Shown: positions 28,251-41,915 of the stretch, in pieces
Layout: each line of letters begins with the position of its first letter
How positions within the stretch are numbered: the first letter of the stretch is position 1
Assembly: GCF_006345805.1 (NCBI RefSeq)
Contig: NC_042998.1
Span: 13,888,001-13,952,000, forward strand
Length of the DNA stretch: 64,000 nucleotides
Direction of reading: 5' to 3'
Origin: Octopus sinensis
Taxonomy: Eukaryota
Position numbers and translations under genes: made by a program
Notes under the pieces: model-generated
The model's database searches: none
The model's input: the letters and a program-made list of their open reading frames with translations, nothing else
What the model was told of the DNA's origin: nothing

Positions 28251-28918
28251 CAGTTTTTGAATGGAGAATGATAAATGGGACAGGTTTTAAATGGTAGATC
28301 CTGTTCTTAATATGCTAAATTCGAAACGCTTGACAAATTTAACTTGGTAAACTGCCATCGTCGGTTTACGTGTTATGCAAACTACAACGCTTGTGAAGAC
28401 AGAAGCTTTACAAACGAAAGCTAACGTGGTTATTTTAGGGTTTTCCACAAAAGCTGAATGTTACAGTGCACAGTAGTTATAATGGCTAAATAACGAGTCT
28501 TAAACCGACTTTAAATCAATAAACTGGTGAATGAAAGAAATGCTAACTGACAATGAAACATAATCAGCCGTTTCCAGTTTCATTCGGCAAACAAAGGTAT
28601 AAAGCTTTTCTATCGACTTGCAATAGGTCGTTAACGTGATATACAATCGACCAACCTCATTCGTTCTTCGGATATACATTCCTGTCGCGCCAATTCTGTT
28701 CGTGACCTTCATCAATTTATCTCATAGGCGTTTTGTACAGTAACCATGTGGAAATATTGCACTGCCCAAAAGCAGAGAACACACCGGCTACTAGACATTC
28801 CACCACCTTTTATTATTTTTTTAAAAATTTTGTTTTGAGTTGTTTCTGCAAAAATAGCCTCGGGTTTATCTTCGTCATTGTCAGCTTGTATTTTCACATC
28901 CATAATCTGAACGGTGCA

Positions 28919-29084
28919 ATACCTATTTCTTTATTTCCCACAAGGTGCTAAACATAGAGGAGACAAACATGGACAGACATAGGTATTAAGTTGATTATAT
29001 CGACCCCAGTGCTTAACTGGTACTTAATTTATCGACCCCGAAAGGATGAAAGGCAAAGTCGACCTCGGCGGAATTTGAACTCAG
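28919..29084 (-). mobile_element. SINE B body, 5'-truncated
   Basis: atacctatttctttatt..atcgaccccgaaaggatgaaaggcaaagtcgacctcggcggaatttgaactcag. Confidence 0.85.
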
Positions 29085-30950
29085 TCAGCTCAACTGACGA
29101 AAGCATAGCCTTGCCTAAGCCGAATGAACTTAAAAACCTTGTGAAATGTTTTTTCCCTTGATCTGAAGAAAGCAAAACAGAAAGACGTAAAGTCCTTATT
29201 GCGACTATATCAATTATTCAACAGTTTTATAAGAACATTTATAAGTTATTTCACAATACATCTGATTTAATCACCTCTCAGTATCGACAATATCAACGTA
29301 CCGTTTCATTTTCTTGGGGTGATAAATTAATCACCAATCAATTATTGGTACCAATATAGTTAACCGTGCTCCTCCGCTATATTTCAGATCGTGAGCCAAC
29401 ATTACTTATAGATATTTCTTGTCTCTTTCTCAAATTATTGTCAACTACAAAAACCTAGGTTGATCTCTCAAATAGAATCACAATAGCAACTTATAAGTGA
29501 ATATAACTAAAAATAGTTGATCAAAAATATTTTGCAGCAAGATATTCTTAATAGAGAATACGACCATCCAAATTCGAATTATCGTTGTGATTTAAACTTT
29601 CTATAGAACTAAAGAAATTCATTGGCATTTAGTCTTCCATGTTTAATTTCCGGTTGAAACAACAAAACTACTATGTACAGAGACATATATCTAGCAAGAA
29701 TAGAAACGCTGCAATCTTTAATTTATACTCAGCTCTAAAAAAATGGCTTCTAAAGCTAATATTTATTAAATGGCGGTGAAAAGTAATTTTATCACATATC
29801 TTAGTCTATAGAGGGGAAACGCTTGAGTGGATTATGTATAATACAACCACTTCATTGATCATATATTCTACATCATTGCTTGAGTTTCGTTATGTTTTTG
29901 ATTAGACCAGGTGATTTTACTCGCCTCAGTTCTCTTAGATGTTGGCAGAAGTGCTGACCATCCACTAATAGATGCATCCGTTCATAAAATATCACGCAAT
30001 TGAATATATTTATTACATTAAGCCCCCAGCGTATAAAAGTGTTTGTTGTTTTAGTATATAAACTAACTTGCTTCCTTATTCGGTACGAACACGTCTTCTT
30101 CTAAAATATTCATTATAAAAATTCTTAAATCATTTTGAGGACAAAACTAATTTACTTTAAATTAAGAAAATCCAAATTCGACAAAATTTATTCCTTATTA
30201 TTATTGGTAATTTCTCTCTCGTAGAAAAGTGATTAAATATTAAATAGACGTCTAGGACATCGATATCGTATACGAATCTATACAATTTTCACAAACACAA
30301 CACCCACGATAAGAAAATCTTATATTTAATGATATTTTAATTTAATGTTGATCGACACATTAAAAATAGTTGTTACTGCTATTGTTGTCAGTTATCCACA
30401 AAATAACATTGATGAATAATTATCCAAGCCTCTAATGAAGAGCCATTACGCTTTAAATATTCCGTCACCTTCATTACACGAATCAAGTAATATATTAATA
30501 AATTAATCAATTTGTTTTGTCGAGGTTGCTAGCAGTTTCATTTCAGTGCAATATCTATGAGGCTATTAGACTTCGTACAAAATCCTCATTTCAGCAATCT
30601 CGAATGCCAGTTTATTTCCACTCGCCAGATATTGGTGACCGACAAAGTTTTGATTATATACATAAACCATATCTTGATTAGAACGCAAATGATTAACAAT
30701 GTGATGGAATCTTCATTCATGTTTGCAGAAATTAAAACATTTGTCATCTAATATATCAATTGTAATTGAAATGAATATATCGTGAGAAACATCAGGATAA
30801 CATATATATCACTTATTATTTTGTGAAATAGAAATTTATGTTCTATATTGGACGATAAGCAATAGAAAACTGAGATACGATGTATTGGCGAAAATATGAC
30901 ATATCTTGATTAACACTTTAGCTGATCAATTACTGACAAAGCGTTGACAT

Positions 30951-31395
30951 CTCCTAATCAGGACTCACACCATTAGCCACAAAGAATAATCTCTAATTCG
31001 AGCTTGCTCTTAGCTACTAAGAATGCGTGTGGCAACTTGTAGATCCACCCACCACACGCGATAGACTAGCGGTCGCACGGGCGCGAAAGCTACGTTGTTA
31101 TCCTCATTCCGTAAACGATGGCTGAAACATCCTGGGGTACTGAGGATTTGCAATCTAGACTAGGGTCTGAAAGTCTTACCATGGTTACACCATGGTTCTT
31201 CTGCTTTGTGGCTGAAGTAGAGAGAAAGCTGTGCTGAAAGAATACAGCGGGGTTCACCACTACCCACCGCTGGATCTTCGTGGAGCTTAGGAGTTTTTGC
31301 TCAATAAACACTCACAATGCCCGGTCTGGGAATCGAAAACGCGTTCTTACGAACGCGAGTCCGCTGCCCTAACCACTGGGCCATTGCGCTCTCAC
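30951..31395 (-). mobile_element. SINE head C with unique long tail
   Basis: Head as 9490; TSD AAGCGTTGACAT at 30939-30950 and 31396-31407. Confidence 0.85.
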
Positions 31396-32008
31396 AAGCG
31401 TTGACATTATTATGTCAAGTCTCATAGACAGGTGGCCGTCCCACAATTTTCCACGTGGCTAAGGGTCTAGATTGTGCACTATATCATTCTGTTTCAAAAA
31501 TAATGTGGTACGATATGAGAGAGAATCTGCTGCTATTTCTATTCATTCGAACAGTCTGCGTAAAGGCTTCTACGTTGAGGGATTATGTGCAAGTGTCATT
31601 GGTTATCGTTTCTTTTAACCATCACATAAATAGGTTTAACTGAGTAAATAATCAATACCGCATTATATTTCATCAACGATTTGTTTCTGAATTGAGAGCA
31701 ATAATTAATTCGTTGTCACACAGTGAATAATTGCCTCATATAATATACTCATCACTATGCGATATTGATAGAAAATACATTATACAAGGCTCACACGTAT
31801 ATTCAAATTCCATCTACACTGTCTCCCTCTCTCTCACATGTATATATGTATGGATATATATGTGTGTGTGTATGTATGAATGTATATATGTATATATATT
31901 ATATATAATATATATATATATATATATACTATGTATACACATATGTATATATATATTACATTTATATATATATACTCGTACATATGCATGTGTGTATGTA
32001 TGTGTATG

Positions 32009-32064
<56 letters not shown>

Positions 32065-32399
32065 TGTATGTATGCATATACAGTTATATATGTATTAATA
32101 TTTTTCTAGAAGGGATGGCTGGTCTTTAAGAGAAATACAAGAGCTCCATCGTCGGAATCCGGATAATAAAGCAAGTATGCCACTTACAGATGCTTTTGCA
32201 AGAAATCTGTTATCTGTTCTGTTTCTTTGTTTCTCTAACCTATCTTTTCAACATTTTAGTTTGTACGTTTTATAACATAACGTAGTGAACTAATAGTAAT
32301 TGAATGTAAATTTATCACCGGTGCAACTTTTATGATTGTACAAGACTGAACTTTTATGGATGTACAAGGTAACATTTCAGGGCCCAATAAATATGTGAG

Positions 32400-33005
32400 C
32401 TCTTGAATTTGAACCTAGTAGAATTGTTGATAGGAATGTTCCGTGAATATTTTTGAACGACTATGTGTGTACGTATTCCATAGGATACGTGTATATGTTT
32501 CATACAACCCAGGGTAGTGCTTTCTACAGATTATACTACATATTGTTTAAGCAAGATTATTTCTCAGTCGAAGTCAATATCTCGATGACATGTTTGAACA
32601 GCTACTGAATACAAGTGTAATGTTCTATACAGAACAGTGACTTAATTGACACTTGCCTGTTACATCTTCGGCTTTAAGGTTTTGCCGTTCCGTTTGTCAT
32701 GTGGTATTCTGAAGCTATTTCCTGCTTTTGGATTCCAGAAGCATAGCCTTCGAAGTGTGAAGTGATGTAGCAATCACAAATCCAAGAAAGGCTACATTTC
32801 ATTCTAAAATTGTTATACATTTCGTGTTTGTGGAAAATATCAGCGTTCATAAATTTCTTGTAAACGAAAAGTTCATCGTTCAGAGAATTTTGAAGATATG
32901 TAAGAACTACGTTTCTAGGTTCTTATGAAAGATTATCGGGAAATGAATGTATCTTGAAAAGTCTACAGCCGACCCTCAGGACATGGTCTACTCCATTTGC
33001 TGTTT
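32400..33005 (-). pseudogene. R4/Dong-like (RLE) non-LTR retrotransposon C-terminal zinc-knuckle region
   Basis: SHFEGYASGIQKQEIASEYH...GKCQLSHCSV*NITLVFSSCSNMSSRY*LRLRNNLA, resembling the EGxxxAIQEQ..CRLC..HIxSxC..YxxRHD pattern. Confidence 0.7.
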
Positions 33006-33035
33006 TTCGTTGGAATATGTATCTTTTATTGATAT

Positions 33036-33188
33036 GCTAGAAATGGCAGCCAAAGCGTGACTCCGAAACCGTATCAAGTTTTATTATAGAACAAGAGGAG
33101 AAGACATATAGACACATAAACTAGTAAATATGCTAGTTTATGAATACTTGGTGTGTTTCGGAGTCAGGCTTTGGCTGTCATTTCTAGC
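33036..33188. mobile_element. MITE-like foldback element
   Basis: Imperfect ~34-bp TIR GCTAGAAATGGCAGCCAAAGCGTGACTCCGAAAC / GTTTCGGAGTCAGGCTTTGGCTGTCATTTCTAGC. Confidence 0.6.
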
Positions 33189-33307
33189 TTGATGGGTTTC
33201 TAAGATACCCTCAAATATAATTTTAATAATATTTACTACCTATATTTTTTTCTTCCCAAGTTGACCACCTTATATGATCGTTATTTTAAATAATGGTCTT
33301 AACCTTA

Positions 33308-33363
<56 letters not shown>

Positions 33364-33365
33364 AT

Positions 33366-33713
33366 ATCAACAATCAAGGAACGGCCATAATAGGCCATTC
33401 ACCCACTAGAAATAACAGCCAAAGCTTCAACCGCAAATAAAGATTAATTCCGTAAACAGGAGAAAATTTTAAAAACATTTACCCTGTAATTACAGGTAAA
33501 TGTTTTTTAAATTTTCTCCTGTTTACGGAATTAATCTTTATTTGCGGTTGAAGCTTTGGCTGTTATTTCTAGTGGGTGAATGGCCTATTATGGCCGTTCC
33601 TTGATTGTTGATGTTGAACTTTAAAATGGTCTATGACTATTTAATTTTTTCCCACTAGGCCGCTGGTGGCAAAAAGAATTCTACAAAATTTTTTTTGCCA
33701 CCCTATATTGATT

Positions 33714-33715
<2 letters not shown>
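33366..33715. repeat. Near-perfect spacerless 247-bp palindrome (33366-33612) with one-sided tail, in (TA)n
   Basis: Centre CCTGTAA|TTACAGG at 33489/33490; about 2 differences between arms. Confidence 0.9.
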
Positions 33716-33775
<60 letters not shown>

Positions 33776-33798
33776 CAAAGTATATGACAAAGTAATAT

Positions 33799-33843
<45 letters not shown>

Positions 33844-34618
33844 TAGTGATAGGGTGAACACAAACAGGAAGGGAACGAAAGACCTATGATGATTGACATA
33901 TGAAATAAAATAGAGATTCAACATAAAAGCAAGCAAAAATAGACCAAATATAAAATATTAAAGATAAAGTCTTGCATTCGACGGAACAATTTGAAAAAGT
34001 AAACACAACGGAAATTAATCTGTGTGAAAGCCATCAAAACAGTAGAGCCATCCATCACATCATGATTAAATTGTATCAATTGTTCTTTGATGAGAAGCTT
34101 CTGGCAAGCATTAGAGATATTGTTATTTCTTAAATTGCCTTTAATTCAACTGTGTTAATCTCCTATGATCCCATACCAATGACGTGACAGAATTTTATTC
34201 ATGTCAATAACTACCTTTCAGAATTCCCAAGTTACTAGTTTGAAGCATTTATAAGGTTATTACTGTGTATACATACATTTTTTGATATGTCTGAATGTGT
34301 GTATGTTTGATTGTATGTATGTTTGTATGTTTTTATTTTTCTCAGTTTGTGTGTGTGAGAGCGAGTGTATGTATAAATGCGTGCTTTCTGTTACAATTTG
34401 GTGTATTGACCATTCAGCTCCTCAGGGGATTTCGTTTCTGTCTTTTTTTTTTCAAAAAATATAAATGATCTAAACATCATATATTTAATCGTTCACCCTT
34501 TTAAATTTCAGAAGCTCTTACCAGATATTTTCCTAGATATGGCAATCAATGTGTGCGTATAAATTAAGGAGCTACATTAATTGTACAACGATCCGCGTCC
34601 AACAAAATTTTGATCATC

Positions 34619-34850
34619 TGTTTCTTTATTACCCACAAGGGGATACACATAGAGTGGACAAACAAGGATAGACAAACGGATTATGTCGATTACATCGACT
34701 CCAGTGCGTAACTGGTACTTAATTTATCTACCCCGAAAGGATAAAAGGCAAAGTCGATCTCGGCGGAATTTGAACTCAGAACGTAACGGCTGACGAAATA
34801 CGGCTACGCTTTTCGCCCGGCGTGCTAACGGTTCTAACAGCTCGCCGCCT
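34619..34850 (-). mobile_element. SINE B, full length
   Basis: Imperfect 22-bp TSD GTCCAACAAAATTTTGATCATC (34597-34618) / GTCCAACCATATTTTGATCATC (34851-34872). Confidence 0.9.
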
Positions 34851-34988
34851 GTCCAACCATATTTTGATCATCGACGACGTACGTTTTTGAAATCGCTAAT
34901 TACTCAGCCTGTGGGTGAGAGACATGTATCGGACAGGTACCATTCGGTCCTATGTGTCATAGCAATTCTATTTTATTTCAGGTGAAGC

Positions 34989-35326
34989 ATGGTACTGTGG
35001 ACGATAGAGTATTGCGTGTTTTCCAACAACAGCTACCTGAGTTTCGGCGCCACTTCAATATTCACAAAAACCAGGCTGTTCTCACCCGTAGCTCAATATT
35101 ACGTTGGTTGAATACAATTCGTACAAGAGGTACACTAATGGAAATGAGACTGGTGGGGGCGCCACGAACGGTACGGACCTCGGAAAATGTGGAACGCGTC
35201 AGACAAGTTTTGATACTGAGTCCGAATCGCTCTGCTTGGAGGAATTTCACTGCACTTGGCATTGGTAATTGATCAGTAAGACATATTTTGCATCAAGACC
35301 TGCATTTCCAGCCGCACAATTTTGTC
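34989..35326 (+). pseudogene. Tc1/mariner-superfamily transposase N-terminal HTH fragment (DUF4817 / rosa-DD41D-like)
   Basis: FRRHFNIHKNQAVLTRSSILRWLNTIRTRG..GAPRTVRTSENVERVRQVLILSPNRSA..LGI..SVRHILHQDLHFQPH. Confidence 0.8.
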
Positions 35327-35604
35327 ATGCTAACGTTTCTGCCAACTCACCGCCTTTCTATACATTTGTATAACAAGATAAAGTAACCTGGCTTTTCTCT
35401 GAGATCCGTGTGTATATTTTAGGTTCCTGCAGCCAAATTCTCTTTATCAAATTATTTTACCTTGTATAATCGATAATACTACCAGTGTTCTCTCAATGCT
35501 TTTTATTTTATCTTTATTGCAGGTTCCGTGTGACAATAGCTTATTCATAAGTTTCTAAACTATTGACAAAGTAACAACTCTATGCAAATCAGATTATGAA
35601 AGCG

Positions 35605-35678
35605 TCAATATATATTACATATATATGTGTGTGTGTGTGCATGTGTGTGTATAATGTTCATATGTATATATATATTAT

Positions 35679-35720
<42 letters not shown>

Positions 35721-35755
35721 CATATGTGCATATATATATACATATATATATATAC

Positions 35756-35786
<31 letters not shown>

Positions 35787-36088
35787 TAATACATATATAT
35801 ATATATATACATGTATATATATATATTATATATATATATACATATTATATATATGTTATATATATATATTATATATAATACATATATATATATATCATAT
35901 ATATATATATATATATAGATATATATATACATATATATATATATAAAGAAGGAGAGAGAGAGATACGTATGTATGTATATATATATATATTATATATATG
36001 TATGTATATATATATATAAGCACATACACATATACACATACATATTATAGAGACACACATACATGCATACATACATGCATATTTATAT
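35605..36088. repeat. (TA)n-dominated compound microsatellite
   Basis: Direct read. Confidence 0.95.
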
Positions 36089-37793
36089 GACTGCTTGTTT
36101 TCGCTTTCTCTGGGTTTATTAATATAGTTTCTAGTAACTATATTACTGGATTTTTGATTTTTGAATTATTTTTAGCATCTCACATTCAGAACTGTTATTG
36201 TGGCAGTATATTAACTGAAAGGGAGTATACAAACATATGTATATATCAATGAATGAATGAATCAACCAATCAATCAATATATGTATCTATCCATGTCTCT
36301 CTCTCACTTTCTTTCACTGTTTTTCTGTATGAGTGTGTGTGTGTGTGTGTGTGTATGTGTGTGTGTGAGTGAGTGAGTGTGTGCATATCTACATAGCGTA
36401 GCTTCTTTAGTATGCCGATCCCCACACAATTTTTTTTCGAAAGTATTAATTATAACGCTTACCTATGTCAAAAATGAAGCGTCTAATTTCTTTTGCACAT
36501 CATGCAGAGGTCAGAGCAATGGCAATTTTTTTTTCGCGTTGCATAACCGCAACTGTTTTTCTTTCTTCCAGTAAGATGTTCAGAGAACGATATAACAAGA
36601 TACATTTATGCTAATACAGCGAAGCCGTGTCGTATTGACATACGATATTTAGGTGTGAAAACTCTGTATGTAATAAAGATAAGGTACTTCTATTTTCGAT
36701 AATATGAACACTAACCAATGTTACTTAGCTCTAATCTAAGAGCCTTACTATACAAATAAGAAATAGATACATAAAATTACTGATTATATTTGATAGTATG
36801 CTGTCGGTATAGTCAGATATATAAAGAATATATGTTTATTGGCGCTGAGGCTGTTCATTTAACGATGTTTGATATACTGAAACAAATTCCACCCACCAGT
36901 TGATTAACATTTCAACAAAGATTGCTTCGGATGTGAAGATTCAGTAATTACTAATGTTATCCCAATAAGACCACGCAACACAGAATAAGCTTTACTAAAA
37001 TTTATAAAATGCATTTACCACTTCACTCATCGCAGCTGAAGACAGCTTAACTCTGATAATTTTCTTTTAATCCATTCAAACAAGATTACTGCTTTGCCTG
37101 ATCCGTTTAAAGTCTCTACCATGTTCATCTACATTTTCATATTTTGCTTTTCCTGGTGATATATTTTTTTTGAGCAGTTAGTCAAAGATGAGTAAGCAGA
37201 TATATGATCAGAGGCCTTAATCAGATGTAACAATCTTAGCATGGTATATATCATAGGACTATAAAGACTATTGTGGCCTTCATTTTTCAAACGATTTAGG
37301 AAATAAATAATCCATTTAGTTAAATCTCTCTTACATGGTTCTGCTCGTTCTTCTAGCAATAAATGTTATAAATGCACAGATAGTATAAGCAAACGCGTGT
37401 TACTATAGTTCTTCTCCCTTTTCTGGCTTCTCAGATTTCTCTTGTTATGATAAGCATAAATAACATTAAAAAATTACTGTCAATGTATTTCGTAAACACT
37501 CACATATTCAATGGTTTGGTTGGCTACGTTTAAGTAACAAAGGAACTTGTTTTACGCATTCGATTTTCAGTCGAATCTGCATCATCTGCTCTGCTTGCAG
37601 TGGCAGACGTACTGCTGAACAGGTTCCTTAGAAAATTTCCTACCATAGTTTTCCACAAATTTTATTTAGCAGTTCATCAGAAATACCGAGAGCAAGATAG
37701 TGATCAAACTTGTTACTATCGTAATTCCATATGTAGAACGAGTTTACTCTCGAAACCGAGTTGACAAACACCACCGCCAACACCAGTATCACA

Positions 37794-37794
<1 letters not shown>

Positions 37795-37829
<35 letters not shown>

Positions 37830-37890
37830 GTCTATCTGTCTGTCTGTCTGTCTGTCTATCTGTCTGTCTGTCCATCACTCTCTCTCTCTC
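37795..37890. repeat. (TCTA)n/(TCTG)n microsatellite
   Basis: Direct read. Confidence 0.95.
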
Positions 37891-37948
37891 AATCTCACAT
37901 ACTTTCTATATATAGGGGTTAGCCATATTGAAATGGCAAAAATACGTC

Positions 37949-37989
<41 letters not shown>

Positions 37990-38328
37990 CGTTTATGGAT
38001 TTGGTTTGCAAGATTCTTGATGTGAGTTCGTGTGTTGAAGCATATTCTGTCGTGTCTGGGGAAAGTCATTTTCCTTTGTGCCTTATAATGTAACACACTC
38101 ACCGGTAAAATTTCCACATATTTCTTATTTTTATTTTCTTAAAATTTTTGTTGCGTCTTGCAACATTTTCAATAGTTTTGATTCTATCCCTGTCTTTAAC
38201 GATATATTTTACCTGAGTCGTTTAGTTCTTTATAAATATTTTCGTGTGATATTCACATATGTTTTCTAAAACCTCGTTAGGTCGATCCATTCAGTAATAT
38301 TTCGAGTATTTCCATTATAATAGAAACC

Positions 38329-38700
38329 TTGTTACGAAAATGCAATTGGAAATGTCTTGGAGTAAATGATGTGAAGCATTTTCGGAATGAATATCTGAAA
38401 ATATCATATATCCAACCTACGGCGAGATGCTTTAATAAAACAAAAAGTGCATCCTCAAAGCTTCAAGATTGTAAAGAAAAGATGAATGAGCCTCAAGACT
38501 ATAGGTCCATTACACTAATCTGAAATGACTAACGAACACTGATTTGGACACTAAATAAAAATTTATAGCAACAAACTCGGCTGAAAACATTTGAGGAAAC
38601 ATGTAACAGGATGAGTTGTAGTACGGTTGCTATAGAATATGATACATGAAAAGAGTACTGCAAGCATTAAGACAATTGCCGAAACCACTGAAGATGTTTC
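38329..38700 (+). pseudogene. R4/Dong-like reverse transcriptase N-terminal fragment, degenerate
   Basis: NWKCLGVNDVKHF..ARCFN..PQDYRSITLI resembles NWKxPGxDxxxNFW..FN..PxNYRPIT. Confidence 0.55.
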
Positions 38701-38979
38701 AAAACAATTTTACTTTTTTCTACGAAGCGACATTACAGCTTGGATGAGAAAACTGTTATAACTTAGTTGTAAGAAACTAAATACTCAATGAATGTCGTAT
38801 TTTAGACTATTAATTTCAACTTTAAAGAAGAGTCTTTTTTTCTGTCTTATTGACACTTAGACTATATTTCGATCATTTTGTTCTCCGATTTCATCGATTT
38901 CTTATTCCTGGATATCTACACGCTTCTATCTTTAAAAATGAGGTTAATAGTCCAAAAATTATAATATTATTGATTTATA

Positions 38980-39170
38980 ACATAGGCGCAACGCCAAAAA
39001 CTTTGGGTAAGGAGTACAGTCGATTGCATTGAACTTAGTACTTCACTGCTACATATTTTATCGACTTCTGACTGATGAAAGGCAAAATTAATCTAGGCGG
39101 GATTTGAAAAGGAAGTATAATAAATATTCATTTAAGCATTTACTTTAAAAGCATTTCGTGCGATGCATTT
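38980..39170 (-). mobile_element. SINE B, degenerate
   Basis: gtcgattgcattga..tttatcgac..gatgaaaggcaaa..ggcgggatttgaa. Confidence 0.6.
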
Positions 39171-39266
39171 TTTATTTAGTTTTTTTTATTTTTACTAGAA
39201 GTATATTCACCACCAAGCGGTGCATGTAACATAAATATTACAGGGAGAGACGGAAAAAGAAAGATG

Positions 39267-39298
<32 letters not shown>

Positions 39299-40434
39299 TA
39301 GATAGATAGATAGACAGACACATAGATAGACAGATACATAGATAGGTAGATACATAGATAAATAGATAAAGGGAGGGAAGGAGGGAGAGAGAGTGTGAGA
39401 ATAATAAATCTGTTGAAAGAAGAAAGCAATTAATTTCACATCCGTTGCTATATATCTTTGGAGACACATGATCGACATATGTGTTGAATGCACTTATTAG
39501 ACGATATTAATATTATTTGAACTGCCAGCCATAATTTAAACGCTAGTAAAATTTATATTCGTATTACAAAGTCGGACTGTATACGAAACTATCCAGTAGT
39601 TTAAATGTTTCTATCAAAGAAATAGATGCAAAAGGCAAATATGTATCGCAGAGAAGCCTTGTATATGATTTACGTTAGAGGTCAGTAGAATTTGTTCCGA
39701 ATATCTTGACTGTTTTTATTCAACATATATAATGAGCAATTGAATGATATATATGTATATATATGTATGTATATATATATATTAGATAGCAAAAGTAGGG
39801 AAAATATCATGAAAAATCACAGCAGAGTTGAATCCATAATATAAACAGTATTGTATTAATAAATAGATATATAAAGTATAATTATGACCATTTAAGTATA
39901 GGTCTGAGGGATCTTACGATTGTTTCATGAATATACTACCTTACGAAATGATATCCAAAGTTGATAACCATTATTAAGAAGTATATGCACTCGTCAGAGA
40001 AAAGGATGAATTTCAGTGTAGAACATCGACTGATAGGGACGCTATTTAAAATCGTATGATAAAGGTGTTTTATTTTACATTTATGGATTACATACTGAAG
40101 AGAAAAGAATTATGGGATTTCTATCTACACACAGCCATTACGGATTCTTTAGCCCAAATTTATACCAATATAGATCTATACCACTACAATTTTAAACAGC
40201 ACCTTTATCGTACGAATTTCAATGACATCACTATCATTCGATTTATTACACTGAAATTCATCCTCTTCTCTGAGGAATTGATATACTTCCTAATGATAGT
40301 TAACAACTTTGGATTTCATTTCGAAAGATCATGAAACGATCGTAAGATTTCTCCAAACTCATTTTGATTATCATAGTTATATATATTTTATATTTTATAT
40401 ATTTTATATTTTATTTATTAATACAATATTCTTT

Positions 40435-40636
40435 TCTACAGGGTCCGAAATGTTTTGGGGAGTGGGGCAGTCGATTATATCGACCTCAGAATGCAACTGG
40501 TACTTGATTTATCAAGCCCGAATGGATGAAAGGCAAAGTCTACCTCGGCGGTATTTGAACTCAGAACGTAAAGACCGACGAAATACCGTTAAGCATTTCG
40601 CCCTGCGCGCTAACGTTTCTGCCAGGTCGCCGCCTT
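40435..40636 (-). mobile_element. SINE B
   Basis: ends gctaacgtttctgccaggtcgccgcctt. Confidence 0.85.
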
Positions 40637-40821
40637 AATAATGTTTATATTATGGACTCATCTCTACTTTGATTTTTATGATATAATTTTTCCTGCTTTT
40701 ACTATCTAATATATAATCGCTCTAATTGAATATCTAAATACATTTAAGGTTTTAGACATTTGTCATATCAAGAGCAGTTATATGTAATCCAGTGCACTTT
40801 TTTAAAGAACACATTGGATTA

Positions 40822-40864
<43 letters not shown>

Positions 40865-41399
40865 ATCTCTGTACATATATATATAACAAAGTAAGAAAAT
40901 TATGCAGATCTGGAGATCTAGCATATAGTAAGAATTTATTATCTGCAAAAATGAAGCATAATCCCTTACAGTGTATGTGTACATATATAAACACATACGC
41001 TGCATTCTTGTAAAGAGCACACTTACACATAATATTACGAGTTACAACGAGGGAGTGAAACAATCGTTACATTGAGATGATGATGGTGCAAAGAGGTGGC
41101 AGATATAAAAAAATAAAGTTAATATAAATTATTAGTGCAACATATATGCATAAATGTTTCTGGAAAGTCAGTGTAGGCAGTCTTGTTGACCCTTATTTTA
41201 AAACCGTATTTAAACCTTCTTTACACTTTTGCTCTTGAAAACTATACACATGGTTGTCCTCCATAGACAGATCCACTAGAAAGAACAAAGGAATTTTTAA
41301 TTAAGGATTAATTACGTGATTTCTCGAACGTCATTTGAAAACTCATTGGAACCGTATGTCGTGGATGTTGGAAACGCATAGCCATATAGTCAAAATAAT

Positions 41400-41915
41400 G
41401 TCAAATGGCATCGGCATGTTTTCTGTGATGCATCTCTCCTTGCTTCAGTTATATGTTTGTGTCAATGGGCATCGCGATATATTCTTCCCTTTTAAATCAA
41501 ATAAAGTCAAGTATTCTAAGATATTCTATTAACGTCGTAGCTGCTATAGCTTCAGCTTCATACAATTCCGGAAATGTTATTTTCCATCGTAGCTGTTAGT
41601 GCTGTTAAAGGTGATAGCTCTCTTACCATGTACGTCAATAACTAATCTTTTTCATAAGCTAAGACACTTTGGGACATAATATGTGAGCACACAATAACAA
41701 CCAATGAAATCAATTTTGGTATGACTCTTTGCCCTTAATCTATTGATCTGTGATAAAATTTTGCTATTACATCCTACTGTTTTGTTCGAAAACAATGGAG
41801 TGATTTTATTCAATTCGGCAACGGTCATTGATGATATACACCTGTGAAAACCTTGCTGGTAATCTAAACATTTACACTGAACAATACAATCACCTACAAT
41901 CATAATTCTCAAACA
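41400..41915 (-). pseudogene. Possible LINE AP-endonuclease remnant
   Basis: IMIVGDC (cf. IVGDFN) and TKIDFI (cf. xIDYI) motifs at plausible spacing; heavily decayed. Confidence 0.3.

Noticed and set aside
28500-28715. ORF with faint Helitron-like 'VGRLY' motif
   Set aside because: Single short motif, no further Rep/helicase signatures
32100-32300. Possible decayed hammerhead (GATGG..CCATC stem, AATAAA)
   Set aside because: Core and GAAA not recognisable enough
37988-38180. (TA)n-adjacent insert, possibly another PLE-type 3' end
   Set aside because: No ribozyme, inverted arm or second copy in the window
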